Assembly: GCA_963754065.1 (NCBI GenBank)
Contig: CAVWFH010000008.1
Location: 152,670 to 216,669, forward strand
DNA length: 64,000 bases
DNA from: an uncultured beta proteobacterium
GTDB taxonomy: Bacteria > Pseudomonadota > Gammaproteobacteria > Burkholderiales > Burkholderiaceae_F
Reading direction: 5' to 3'
The notes under the pieces: model-generated
Told to the model about the DNA's origin: nothing
Database searches by the model: none
What the model saw: only the letters and a program-made list of their open reading frames with translations
Shown here: in pieces, positions 1-10,700 of the stretch
How the letters are laid out: the number at the start of each line of letters is the position of its first letter
Numbering within the stretch: position 1 is the stretch's first letter
Made by a program: the position numbers and the translations under genes

Positions 1-579
1 GTCGACTTCCGGCTGCCCGAGCGGAACTACTCACTGGTGCGCGTGGGCCAGACGATCGAGGTCGTTGCCGACGCGCTGCCCAATGAACGCTGGCAAGGCC
101 GCATCGAAGCGATCAACCCGAAAGTGGATGCCGACGGCCGTTCCCTGGAGATCCGGGCACTGCTTGAGAACACCAGCGGCAAGCTGCGACCGGGCATGTT
201 TGTGCGTGTGCGCGTGATCGTCGGTGAGCGTTCGAACGCATTGCTGGTTCCGGAAGAGGCAATCGTGCCGCAGGGAGCCGAGTTCTATGTCTTCAAGGTC
301 GTCGATGGCGCGGCGCGGCGTGTGCCCGTGAAGATCGGTGTGCGGCGCGATGCGATGGTCGAGATCCTCGACGGGCTGACAGCCGGCGACCAGGTGGTGA
401 CGGCAGGCATGCGGCTGTCGCGCGACGGCCAGCCCGTACGCGTGCTGGCAGCGGGGCAGGGCGGTCCGCTCAAGGGCGGCGCGGAGGCCGGCAAGGACGC
501 GACGCCGAAGGCCGGTGCTGCGCCGGCGGCGCCGAAAGACCGACGCACCCAAGGGCAGCGGTCAGTCCTGAGCGGCTGA
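1..579 (+). CDS. RND efflux periplasmic adaptor (membrane-fusion protein), C-terminal part; 5' end lies outside the window
   Basis: The frame is open from the window edge to the stop at 579. The translated C-terminus (ALLVPEEAIV..., FYVFKVVDG, VKIGVRRDAMVEILDGLTAGDQVV) resembles the distal beta-barrel end of HlyD/AcrA-type adaptors. It ends 15 nt before an RND pump gene. Confidence 0.8.
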   Translation, partial: VDFRLPERNYSLVRVGQTIEVVADALPNERWQGRIEAINPKVDADGRSLEIRALLENTSGKLRPGMFVRVRVIVGERSNALLVPEEAIVPQGAEFYVFKVVDGAARRVPVKIGVRRDAMVEILDGLTAGDQVVTAGMRLSRDGQPVRVLAAGQGGPLKGGAEAGKDATPKAGAAPAAPKDRRTQGQRSVLSG

Positions 580-594
580 TCACAGGAGAGCGCA

Positions 595-3500
595 ATGAGC
601 CTGTTCGAGCTGTGCATACGCCGTCCCGTCCTGTCGACGGTGTTGTCGGTGCTGGTGCTCGTCATCGGCCTGATCTCGTATTCGCGGCTGGCCGTGCGCG
701 AGTACCCGAAGATCGACGAACCGGTGGTGAGTGTGTCGACCGGCTACCCCGGCGCGTCGGCCGATGTGATCGAGTCACAGATCACCAAAGTCCTCGAGGA
801 CTCGCTGGCGGGCATCGAAGGCGTCGAATTGCTGACATCGTTCAGCCGCGCCGAACGCAGCAACATCAACGTGCGCTTCCGCATCACCCGCGACCCGGAT
901 TCGGCGGCGGCCGACGTGCGCGACAAGGTGGCCCGCGTACGGGCACGCCTGCCGGACAACGTCGACGAGCCGGTGATCTCGAAAGTGGAGGCCGACTCCT
1001 TCCCGGTGATCTGGATGGCGGTGACGGCCGGCAACCGCACGCCGCTCGAGGTGTCGGACTACCTGAACCGCTACGTCAAGCCACGCCTGTCGGTGCTGCC
1101 GGGGGCAGCCGATGTCTGGATCTTCGGCGAGCGCAAGACGTCGATGCGCATCAACGTCGATCGCGACCGGCTTGCTGCCTACCGCCTGACTCCGGGTGAC
1201 GTCGAGGACGCCCTGCGGCGGCAGAATATCGAGCTGCCGTCCGGTCGCATCGAATCGGCCAAGCGCGAGTTCTCGATTGTCGCGTCGACCGATGTCAGCA
1301 CGCGCGAACAGTTCGAAAACCTGATCGTCGCGACCTCGAACGGCTATCCGGTGAAGCTGCGCGATGTTGCCGATATCCGTGTCGGCCCAGCCGAGGAACG
1401 CGTCATCGCGCGATACCGGGGGGAGCCGTCGATCAACATGGGCCTGGTCAAGCAGGCCACGGGCAATCCGCTCGAACTGTCCCGGGCGCTGCGCGCCGAA
1501 GTGGACAAGATCAACGAGACGTTGCCCGCGGGCATGAAGATCAGCATCGCCTACGACTCGTCCGTGTTCATCGAACGTTCGATCAAGTCGGTGTTCACGA
1601 CGATCGCCGAGGCCGTGGTTCTGGTCGTGCTGGTGATCTTCTTCTTCCTGCGAAATCTGCGGGCCACGCTGATCCCGCTTGTGACGATCCCGGTATCGCT
1701 GGTGGGTGCCTTTGCACTGATGTATGTCTTCGGCTTCACGATCAACACGCTGACGCTGCTGGCCATGGTGCTGGCGATCGGTCTCGTGGTCGACGACGCT
1801 ATCGTCGTGCTGGAGAACATCTACCGCAACATCGAGAACGGCATGGACCGCGTCAGCGCCGCGGTCAAGGGCATCAAGGAAATCGGCTTCGCTGTCGTCG
1901 CGATGACGCTGACGCTGACCGCCGTGTATGCACCGCTGGCCTTCGCGACCGGACGGACGGGACGGCTCTTCATCGAGTTTGCACTGGCGCTGGCCGGCGC
2001 GGTGCTGGTGTCCGGCTTTGTCGCGCTGACGCTGTCGCCGATGATGTGCAGCAAGCTGCTGAAGCACGAGTCCAATCACGGCCGGGTCTTCACGCTGATC
2101 GAAGGCTGGCTCAACGGCTTGACCAGCGGCTACGCGCGTTCGCTCGCCTGGGTGCTGGACCGCCGCTGGATCGTCGTGATCGTGTGGGCGATCGTCGCCG
2201 GCCTCGGCGGACTGTTCTTTTCCCTGCTGCGATCGGAACTGGCGCCACTGGAAGATCGAGGCGTCATCTTCGGGCGCCTGCAGTCGCCGCCGGGCTCGAC
2301 CGTCGACTACACGTCCGAGCAGCTGCGCGCGGTCGAGAGCTACTACGAAACGATCCCGGAGATGGCCGCCTACAACGCGGTGGCCGGATTCCCGTCGGTC
2401 GACTTCGGCAACGCGATCCTGCGCCTGAAGCCCTGGGAGGAACGGACGCGCAAGCAGCAGGACATCGCGCGCGAACTGAACGCCAAATTTTCCCAGTTGC
2501 CGGGCGTGATCGGCTTCGCGGTCAATCCGCCATCGCTCGGGCAGTCGCCCCGTACGCTGCCGGTCGAGTACGTGATCATGGCGCAGGTCTCCTATGCCGA
2601 GCTCGATCGCATCGTGCAGGAATTCATCGCCGAGATCAGCAAGACCGGCATCGTGCAGAACCCGCAGTCGGATCTGCGCCTGAATACGCCGGAGCTGAGG
2701 GTCGATGTGAACCGCGACAAGCTCGGCGACCTCGGCATCTCGGTCGAGACCGTCGGCCGCACCTTGCAGACGATGCTCGGCGGCCGGCAGGTCACGCGCT
2801 TCAAGAAGGACGGTGAGCAGTACGACGTGATCGTGCAGGTCGCGCCGCGCGACCGCAGCCGGCCGAACGACATCAGCGACATCTACGTGCGCGGCCGCGA
2901 CGGGACGATGGTGCAGCTCGCCAACGTGGTGGACGTGCTTGAAGGCGTCTCGCCGCAATCGCTCAATCATTTCCAGCGCCTGCGCGCGGTGACGATCACG
3001 GCGCAGATCGCACCGGGCTACGCACTTGGCGACGCGCTGAAGATGATGGACGACACCGCCCGGCGCGTGCTGCCGCAAGGTGCGCTCACCGACCTCAACG
3101 GCGTCTCGCGCGAGTTCCGTGATTCGCAGGGCTCGATCTACCTGACGTTCGTGCTGGCACTGATCTTCATCTACCTGGTGCTGGCCGCGCAGTTCGAGAG
3201 CTTCGCCGACCCCTTCGTCATCATGCTGTCGGTGCCGCTGTCGATGACCGGGGCGCTGTTCGCGCTGTGGGCGACGGGCGGAACCTGGAACATCTACAGC
3301 CAGATCGGAATCATCACGCTGGTGGGGCTGATCACCAAGCACGGCATCCTGATCGTGGAGTTCGCCAACCAGTTGCAGGAACGCGGCGACAATCTCTTCG
3401 AGGCGGTCAGGCATGCGGCCGAACTGCGGCTGCGCCCGATCCTGATGACCACCGGCGCGATGGTCCTCGGCGCGGTGCCGCTGGCGCTGTCCGTCGGTGC

Positions 3501-3696
3501 CGGTGCCGAGAGCCGCATCCAGATCGGCTGGGTGATCGTCGGCGGACTGGCGTTCGGGACGCTGCTGACGCTTTACGTGGTGCCGACGATGTATACGCTG
3601 ATGGAACAATGGCTCGGCAAGTGGATGGGGTCGCATCATCATCACGCCGACGAACCGGCGCCCGAGCCCGCCCGTCACGCGTCCGGTGCCGAGTAG
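595..3696 (+). CDS. RND family efflux transporter, inner-membrane permease (AcrB/MdtB-like), 1033 aa
   Basis: Single 1033-aa ORF with the typical AcrB-family N-terminus (FELCIRRPVLSTVLSVLVLVIGLISY), duplicated 6-TM halves and large periplasmic loops. It is preceded by an adaptor gene. Confidence 0.95.
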   Translation: MSLFELCIRRPVLSTVLSVLVLVIGLISYSRLAVREYPKIDEPVVSVSTGYPGASADVIESQITKVLEDSLAGIEGVELLTSFSRAERSNINVRFRITRDPDSAAADVRDKVARVRARLPDNVDEPVISKVEADSFPVIWMAVTAGNRTPLEVSDYLNRYVKPRLSVLPGAADVWIFGERKTSMRINVDRDRLAAYRLTPGDVEDALRRQNIELPSGRIESAKREFSIVASTDVSTREQFENLIVATSNGYPVKLRDVADIRVGPAEERVIARYRGEPSINMGLVKQATGNPLELSRALRAEVDKINETLPAGMKISIAYDSSVFIERSIKSVFTTIAEAVVLVVLVIFFFLRNLRATLIPLVTIPVSLVGAFALMYVFGFTINTLTLLAMVLAIGLVVDDAIVVLENIYRNIENGMDRVSAAVKGIKEIGFAVVAMTLTLTAVYAPLAFATGRTGRLFIEFALALAGAVLVSGFVALTLSPMMCSKLLKHESNHGRVFTLIEGWLNGLTSGYARSLAWVLDRRWIVVIVWAIVAGLGGLFFSLLRSELAPLEDRGVIFGRLQSPPGSTVDYTSEQLRAVESYYETIPEMAAYNAVAGFPSVDFGNAILRLKPWEERTRKQQDIARELNAKFSQLPGVIGFAVNPPSLGQSPRTLPVEYVIMAQVSYAELDRIVQEFIAEISKTGIVQNPQSDLRLNTPELRVDVNRDKLGDLGISVETVGRTLQTMLGGRQVTRFKKDGEQYDVIVQVAPRDRSRPNDISDIYVRGRDGTMVQLANVVDVLEGVSPQSLNHFQRLRAVTITAQIAPGYALGDALKMMDDTARRVLPQGALTDLNGVSREFRDSQGSIYLTFVLALIFIYLVLAAQFESFADPFVIMLSVPLSMTGALFALWATGGTWNIYSQIGIITLVGLITKHGILIVEFANQLQERGDNLFEAVRHAAELRLRPILMTTGAMVLGAVPLALSVGAGAESRIQIGWVIVGGLAFGTLLTLYVVPTMYTLMEQWLGKWMGSHHHHADEPAPEPARHASGAE

Positions 3697-3700
3697 CGGC

Positions 3701-4414
3701 ATGACCCGCCTGGTCGTGCTCGATACCGAGACCACGGGTCTCGAGGCCAAGGAAGGCCACCGGATCATCGAGGTCGGTGCCATCGAGGTCGTGGCGCGAC
3801 GGATCACCGAGCGTCGTTTCCATCACTACGTCAATCCGGAGCGCGACAGCGACGAGGGTGCACTGGCAGTGCATGGTCTGACGCGGCACTTCCTGGAAGA
3901 CAAGCCGAAGTTCGCCGAGATCGCCGACGACCTGCTCTCGTTCGTGAAGGACGCTGAGGTCGTGATCCACAACGCGGCGTTCGACAGGGAGTTTCTCGAC
4001 GCGGAACTGGCACGGCTGGGCCGGTCGCCGTTCGCCCAGCATTGCCTGAAGGTCACCGACTCGCTGCAACTGGCGCGCGAGCAGCATCCCGGCAAGCGCA
4101 ATTCGCTCGATGCGCTGTGCGAGCGCTATCAGGTCTCGAACGCTCACCGCACGCTGCACGGGGCGCTGCTGGATGCGGGCTTGCTCGCCGAGGTGTATCT
4201 GGCGATGACGCGCGGGCAGGACAGCCTGACCATCGACGAGATGGCCGACGACGGCATGCTCGCCAACCTGGGTCCGATCGATGCCGGTCAGCTCATCGTC
4301 CTTGCGGCCGCGCCCGAGGAGATCGCCGCGCACGAAGCCGTGCTCGACGGTATCGAGAAGGAAGCGAAGACAGTGCCGGTGTGGCGCACCGCCGCGGTGC
4401 CTACCCCCGCCTGA
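3701..4414 (+). CDS. dnaQ: DNA polymerase III epsilon subunit (3'-5' proofreading exonuclease)
   Basis: DEDD exonuclease motifs are present: ExoI VLDTETTGL, ExoII HNAAFDREFL, ExoIII HGALLDAGLLAEVY. ATG at 3701 chosen (MTRLVVLDTETTG), just after the RND stop at 3694-3696. The track's earlier start at 3686 overlaps that gene. Confidence 0.9.
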   Translation: MTRLVVLDTETTGLEAKEGHRIIEVGAIEVVARRITERRFHHYVNPERDSDEGALAVHGLTRHFLEDKPKFAEIADDLLSFVKDAEVVIHNAAFDREFLDAELARLGRSPFAQHCLKVTDSLQLAREQHPGKRNSLDALCERYQVSNAHRTLHGALLDAGLLAEVYLAMTRGQDSLTIDEMADDGMLANLGPIDAGQLIVLAAAPEEIAAHEAVLDGIEKEAKTVPVWRTAAVPTPA

Positions 4415-5927
4415 TCATCTCGCGCAGTTCGCGCTTCAGTACCTTGCCGGTTGCGTTCTTGGGCAATTCGTCGACGAACACATAGCGCTTCGGGCGCTTG
4501 AAGCGCGCAATGTGTTCCAGGCAGAACAGATCGAGATCCCCGGCGTCCGGCACATGTCCTCTTTCGCGGACCAGCACGGCGACGACGGCCTCGCCCCATT
4601 CGGGATCAGGCTCGCCGATGACGGCGGCTTCCTTCACGGCCGGATGCAACAGCAGCACCTCCTCGACCTCGCGCGGATAGATGTTCGAGCCGCCCGAGAT
4701 GATGAGGTCCTTGCTGCGATCGACCAGCGTCAGGTAGCCGGTCGCGTCAACGCGTCCGAGGTCGCCGGTGTGCAGCCAGCCGCCCGCGAGCGCTTCGGCG
4801 GTCGCCTGCGGATTGCCGAGGTAGCCTGCCATCACCGTGTCGCCCCGCACGCACACTTCACCGATCGTGCCGCTCGGCACCGCGCGGCCGCGCTCGTCCA
4901 GCACCGCGACTTCGACGCCGACCTGCGCGCGGCCGACCGAACCGAGGCGCTCGAGCCGGCGGCCATCGTGATCGTCCATGTGTTCATCGGCCGTCAGTAC
5001 CGTGATCGTCATCGGCGACTCGCCCTGGCCATAGATCTGCACCAGGCGAGGTCCGAGGACTTCGAGCGCGCGCACGCTGTCGGCCACGTACATCGGTCCG
5101 CCCCCGTAGATGATGGCCTTGAGATGATCCGGAGCGTTGCCCTTGGCTGCATACGCGTCGACCAGCCGCATGACCATCGTCGGCGCGGCGAAGAACTTCG
5201 TTCGCGGAGTGAAGGCGAGGATCTGCTGGATCTCGTCCACGTCGAATCCGCGCGCGGCAGGAATCAATTGCGTTGCCCCAACGGCAATGTTCGGCACCGT
5301 GTACAGGCCCGAACCGTGCGACATCGGCGCCGCATGCAGCAGATGCTCGCCGACCGTGGCGCGGTCGACATCGGCGAGGTAGTTGAGAGTCATCGCCAGC
5401 AGGTTCCGGTGCGTCAGGAGAACGCCCTTGGGACGGCCCGTCGTGCCGCTGGTGTAGAACAGCCACGCTGCTTCGGTGGCGCGCGATTCCTCCCGCGGCG
5501 CCGCGGCTGCCGTGCGCAACAGCCTGCGGTACTCGCCGCCATCGACGTCGACGAACCGCGTTGCGCCAGCGGACCGCGCCGCGTCGATTGAGGTCGAGTC
5601 GGCATCGTCGGTCACGAAGCACACGCGGGCAGCGGCATCGTCGAGGATGAACGCGGTCTCGCGCGGATGCAGACGGGTGTTGATCGGGATCGCGCAGGCG
5701 CCGATCGTCCAGCACGCGTACAGCAGTTCGACGTACTGCGCGCAGTTCTTCATCAGCAGGCCGACGCGGTCGCCGGCGCCGACGCCGAGAGACTGCAACC
5801 CGCCCGCCAGTGCCAATACGCGGCTTGCGAGGTGCTGGTAGTCGAGCTCGATGCGATCGCGCTCGATCACCGCGATGGCGCGCGGCAACCGGCCCGCGGT
5901 TCGAAACAGCGTGTAGGCAAGGTTCAA
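4401..5927 (-). CDS. AMP-dependent synthetase/ligase (acyl-CoA synthetase family), 508 aa
   Basis: Carries the AMP-binding signature LFYTSGTTGRPKGV, later GWLHTGDLG and a C-terminal GKVLKRELR. Convergent with dnaQ, overlapping by 14 nt. Confidence 0.9.
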   Translation of the reverse strand: MNLAYTLFRTAGRLPRAIAVIERDRIELDYQHLASRVLALAGGLQSLGVGAGDRVGLLMKNCAQYVELLYACWTIGACAIPINTRLHPRETAFILDDAAARVCFVTDDADSTSIDAARSAGATRFVDVDGGEYRRLLRTAAAAPREESRATEAAWLFYTSGTTGRPKGVLLTHRNLLAMTLNYLADVDRATVGEHLLHAAPMSHGSGLYTVPNIAVGATQLIPAARGFDVDEIQQILAFTPRTKFFAAPTMVMRLVDAYAAKGNAPDHLKAIIYGGGPMYVADSVRALEVLGPRLVQIYGQGESPMTITVLTADEHMDDHDGRRLERLGSVGRAQVGVEVAVLDERGRAVPSGTIGEVCVRGDTVMAGYLGNPQATAEALAGGWLHTGDLGRVDATGYLTLVDRSKDLIISGGSNIYPREVEEVLLLHPAVKEAAVIGEPDPEWGEAVVAVLVRERGHVPDAGDLDLFCLEHIARFKRPKRYVFVDELPKNATGKVLKRELREMIRRG

Positions 5928-6038
5928 CGTTAGCTCCGGTCCATGCCGCTATCCTAGTGCGACGGCAGAAACAGCGCATCGATATGCAATAATTCGCGCC
6001 CGCGTCGACGGCTGTCGGCGCCGCCATCGCAGTCCCCC

Positions 6039-6113
6039 GGGTGGTTAGCTCAGCGGTAGAGCACTGCCTTCACACGGCAGGGGTCACAGGTTCGAACCCT
6101 GTACCACCCACCA
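6039..6113 (+). tRNA. tRNA-Val (anticodon CAC)
   Basis: Folded by hand into a 75-nt cloverleaf. Acceptor GGGTGGT/ACCACCC, D-arm GCTC-AGCGGTA-GAGC, anticodon stem CTGCC/GGCAG with loop TTCACAC, T-arm ACAGG-TTCGAAC-CCTGT, encoded CCA. Confidence 0.9.
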
Positions 6114-6497
6114 GCACAACCCAACGATGCTCCGCGGCGTGTGCAGATGGTCCACAGCTTCACGAGTACCCGAGTAAAGCCGCAGCATGAGCGGCCTGGC
6201 CCGTCACGGGAAGGCGCGACACCAGGTCTCGCCGAGCGGCGATTCGCTCATCCGAGTCTTGACGGACGGCAAGACCGTCGCTCATTGCGGTGCTCACGTT
6301 GCTTTGTTGATGGAAGTCCGGATCGCGGGAGCTCGGATTTCGCGGTGACAGTTCCTCGTTCGGCGCCTCGTGGGGTAAGGTAGACGCTGAAGCCGAGGGC
6401 TCGCCGGTGCCTGCACTGTCTCTTCGAGGATGTCGGACGCGGTGGTGGATGACGGGTCGATCGGCCGCATTGACGTAAGTCCATACGGAGATTCGCG

Positions 6498-7646
6498 ATG
6501 CCGATCAATGATGCCCAGGTTCACGATGCCCTGTCACCCGTCAGCGAGGCGTCGGACGGCAAGCCCGAGGCCGGCATGGCGCTCTGCCTGTCCGGCGGCG
6601 GCTACCGGGCGATGGTGTTCCATCTGGGTTCCCTGTGGCGCCTGAACGAGCTCGGGTATCTGTCGCGGCTCGATCGCATATCCAGTGTTTCCGGCGGCTC
6701 CATCACGGCGGGTCTCCTGGGACTGAAGTGGAGTCGCCTGCAGTTTGTCGGCGGCATTGCCCAGCGACTTGGCCCGGAGGTCATCGATCCGATCCGTGCG
6801 TTTGCGCACGAGACGGTCGACGTCGGCTCCGTGCTGAAGGGCTTCTTCCTGCCAGGCTCGATCAGTGAGAAAGTGGCGGGCGCCTATCGCAAGCATCTCT
6901 TTGGCGACGCCACGCTGCAGGACCTGCCGGACGATCCGCCGCGCTTCGTCATCAATTCGACCAACGTGCAGACCGGATCGCTGTGGCGATTCTCCAAGCC
7001 GTACATGCGCGACTATCAGGTTGGCGAGGTCAAGTCGCCGACTCTGTCGCTGGCCACGGCCGTCGCGGCTTCTTCGGCGTTTCCGCCGGTGCTGTCCCCG
7101 ACCAAGCTGGAGCTGGATCCCGCGCAGTTCAGTCCGGCCAGTGGTGAGCCGTATCACGTGCCGCCCTACACCTCGGAGGTCTACCTGTCGGACGGCGGGG
7201 TATACGACAACCTGGGGTTGGAGACGGCCTGGAAGCGCTACGAAACGATCCTGGTCAGCGATGCCGGGCTGGGAATGGCCGCTGACCCGGATCCGGGTAA
7301 CGACTGGGCGTCGCACTCCATGCGGATCCTGAACATGATCGACAACCAGGTTCGGGCACTGCGCAAGCGCCAGCTCGTCGGAAGCTACCGGGCCGGCATT
7401 CGCAAGGGCTCGTACTGGAGCATCCGCTCGGACGTGAGGGAGTACGGCCCCACGACGGGCCTGCCGTGCCCGCCGGAGCGCACGGCCGAGTTGGCCCAGG
7501 TGGCGACACGCCTGGCGGACTTGCCGGACGAGACCCAGGAACGACTGATCAACTGGGGCTATGCCATCTGCGACATCGCGCTGCGACGCTGGGTCGATCC
7601 CAGCTTGCCGGCTGCAACCCGGTTCCCGTATTCGCGAGGTGTCTAG
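6498..7646 (+). CDS. Patatin-like phospholipase, 382 aa
   Basis: Oxyanion motif SGGGYRAM, nucleophile elbow VSGGS (GxSxG) and catalytic Asp motif SDGGVYDNLG. No obvious signal peptide. First gene after tRNA-Val. Confidence 0.9.
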   Translation: MPINDAQVHDALSPVSEASDGKPEAGMALCLSGGGYRAMVFHLGSLWRLNELGYLSRLDRISSVSGGSITAGLLGLKWSRLQFVGGIAQRLGPEVIDPIRAFAHETVDVGSVLKGFFLPGSISEKVAGAYRKHLFGDATLQDLPDDPPRFVINSTNVQTGSLWRFSKPYMRDYQVGEVKSPTLSLATAVAASSAFPPVLSPTKLELDPAQFSPASGEPYHVPPYTSEVYLSDGGVYDNLGLETAWKRYETILVSDAGLGMAADPDPGNDWASHSMRILNMIDNQVRALRKRQLVGSYRAGIRKGSYWSIRSDVREYGPTTGLPCPPERTAELAQVATRLADLPDETQERLINWGYAICDIALRRWVDPSLPAATRFPYSRGV

Positions 7647-7726
7647 GAAGGGACGTAGACGCCTGAAGAACAGCGCATGCTGCGGATGTCTTCGAGCTGC
7701 AGCATGGCCGAGGAGGGGGGCAACGA

Positions 7727-10700
7727 GTGCTGAAGAACATCGTCGGTGACTGGGGCTCGGCTCTGAGCGACGGTGAGTACGCCTGCGCGCTGGCGGCCCT
7801 CGGTGTGCTCGAGGCGACCGGTTCCCATCAGCATCGCCCCGGTTCCGATCGGGCCGAACTCGTGGACGCGCTGAGGCAGGAGTTCCGCCACGGCGACAAC
7901 ACTGCGGTCTGGCGAAGGTCGCAGAACGTGAACAAGACCACCACGGTCGCTTCCTGGCGCGAGACGGAGCACACCGACGCGGCGGCGCTTGCGGAAGCGT
8001 GGCGCGAGTATCTGCGCGGGGTTACGCATCCGAGGCAGATGCCGCGGCTTGCCCTGATGGCCGACTGGCGGCATCGCTCCGATCTGTTTGACTTCGATGC
8101 GCTGTGCACATGGCTGAAGCACCGGGACGTCGGCTTGCAGGCATTCGTGCTGGCCGATGGTCGTGAATGTGAGGCCGGTGCACGCTGGCATTGGCCACTT
8201 CGAGTCGGTGTTCCGGCGGGAAAGGAATGCGCGAGCATCCTGGACGCGCTGCGCAAGGCGCAGCAACGTGAAGCTTGGATTGCGGAGCTGTCGCAATGCT
8301 TCGCCGTCGGAGACGCGCGCGACGCTTGTGACCTGTTGATCCTGACGTCCGCGGCCGCCACGGCGATCCTCAGCCAGCCGCGGTCACGAATCCGCGCCCG
8401 CTTCGTTGCCTGCATTGAAACGTCACCGCCTGTCCTTGCGCCGCTCGCCGAACGGTATGCCGGATTGCGCGCTCGCACCGGGGCCGCGGGCGTAGCCGCG
8501 GTGTATGGCGCCGACGGATCGTTTCAGCTTTCCGACTGGTTCACCGCCGTACTGCGCGAGGTGTCGCATGACCTGCCGATCCACGCGGCTGTGTGGGGCA
8601 CCGGCCAGTGGCGCTTTAACGTCGACCCACTGATATTCGGCGACCCGGGCGCTCTCGACGCATGCCGCATCCTGTCGATCGCCGAAAGGCAGGATCGCAT
8701 CGTCGCAGCGCTCGAACCAGCGGCGCTCCAGGAGCTCACGCTTACGAGATCAATCGGGTCTGGCGACGATGCCGTGCCGACATTTGGTGGGGCGACGGGC
8801 GGGGACAGGGCCATGCCCTCGGCACCCAGTCCCGGGCCGAGTCCCATCGCGCATCGCGGGCTGGCCGATGCTTTGCGAAACCGCCGGTTTGTTTCGGAGT
8901 CGGTGGACGGCATCGACACGGCGCGCGACCTGAAGGCGCAGGAAGGCGAGATCGACCAGGCGCGGCCCCCACGCTGGATACAGGCGAACGCCTGGCGCCC
9001 CGAGCAACCAGAAATTGCCGCTCGCTCGCTCGCTCCAAGGCAGTGGAATCTGCTCGGTGTGCACATCGGTCCGAGCGACGTGCCGCTGGCCGGTGCGGTT
9101 TTCAACGAAGGCGCGATCGACTTCAGCGGGGGCGAAGTTATCGTGTCGGTCCAGCTGGAACTGTCGGGCGCAAACGTGGCGCCGCTCGATGCGGCCTCGC
9201 TCGAGGCGATGTTTGGCGGTCAGCTCTTTCCCGGCGACCTGCACGACGGCGGTGAGCGGGTCGAGCAACTGCTGCGTGGACCGCTGGCGAAGCTGCCGGT
9301 GGAGCCGGAGCCTAAGAAGGGTTCGACCACCGTTGGACTGGCAGCAACGTCGATCGTCCTGCCGCCCGCCGGGGACAGCACGCTGGCGCTTTTTGCTGTC
9401 TTCCCTGAGCGCGGTAAGAAGATCGATGGCCGCATCGCGATCATCCACAAGAACCGGATTCTGCAGACGGCGCGGCTGTCGGTCGGTGTCGGCACCGCCG
9501 CGGCCCGCGGCGCTGGGCTGGATGTCATTGCGGAAGCCCCCATCCACCCCCGCGACGACGATCTCGACGAGCGGCGTGACTACGATGTCGCGATCCAGCT
9601 GAGCGACGTCGGCGGCAAGCTGCACCTGAAAGTGCATCGCAATGGCCGCGACACCCCCGTCCAGCTCGACGCGCTGCAGGGGCCGATTGGCCGGATACAG
9701 AAGGGTCTGGAAAACGCCGCACGGAGCTGGGACTACGCGAAGCCAGTGCTGCAACAGCCGGTGCTGGGCTCGAGCCTGCGAACGCTGGCTGCGGCCGGCA
9801 GCGAACTCGCCAAGCACCTGCGCGACACCTGCGGCGACGACATCGATCTCTGGGAGCGCATCCACCTCGTGCCGTACACGAAGGAGTTTCTGCCGCTGGA
9901 GTATGTCTACGACGGGCCGCCCCCGTCGATGGACGCGTCGCCGTGTCCGAACCTGCTGGGAGGTCTGGATCGCGGCGCCTGCGACCGTGCGCTGGGAACG
10001 GACGAGGCGCCGACGCCGTGTCCCAACTCGAACGACGGGGAGTTCGTGTGCCCGATGCACTTCTGGGGCTTCCGCCGGCTGATCGAACGCAACGGCGCGC
10101 TGCGTCCTGCCGCAGATGATGGGGCGGCCACGGCTTCGACTTCCAGCAGCACGCCCAGCAAGCGCACCTATGGCAAGGTTGGCTCACTGCTCTTCGCCGC
10201 CAGCGAGCGTGCATTTCGTTACGAAGCGGAGCCGGCTGCCCAGGCCGCTGAGCGGGCCGCGCTCGTTCAGGCACTCGGCGTGCTGGGCGCGACCGTGACC
10301 GACGTTGCGGACTGGAAGCAGTGGCGCACGGCCGCGCAGTCGAAGCCCGACATGCTGGTCCTGGTGGCCCATACGGATGTGGTCGACGAGACCCCGGTGC
10401 TCGAGATCGGAGCAGGCAAGATCCTCGGTCGGCATGAGATTTCCGCCAAGGTGAGCGGCGCCGCGGGTGAACCGCAGATCCTGCTGCTGCTCGGCTGCTC
10501 GGCTGCCGACGTCACCGAGAACTTCCAGCCCTATCCGGAGTGCTTCCGCGACGCCGGAGTGAGTATCGTGCTGGCTCCGGTGGCACCGATTCGGGGCAAG
10601 GACGCCGTGCCGATCGCCAAGCGCATTGTCCAGCGCCTCGCCGATCGACTCGCACAAGCCGAGCCCACCTCATTCGGCGAACTCATGCCGCTGCTGCGGC

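Noticed and set aside
775-3807. 1010-aa ORF antisense to the RND pump gene. Similar long antisense or out-of-frame ORFs occur at 23979-25736, 54448-56061, 56102-57589 and 58235-59782.
   Set aside because: Their translations are Arg/Ala/Gly/Pro/His-rich low-complexity strings with no motifs. They lie opposite genes with unmistakable homology. This is the expected stop-codon-poor artefact of about 65% GC DNA.
6114-6497. Integrative-element boundaries (att repeats, integrase) next to tRNA-Val, and likewise after tRNA-Glu (33668-33824).
   Set aside because: No integrase or recombinase ORF is present, and I found no direct repeat of either tRNA 3' end by eye. I therefore do not call a mobile element. 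A computational repeat search is needed.
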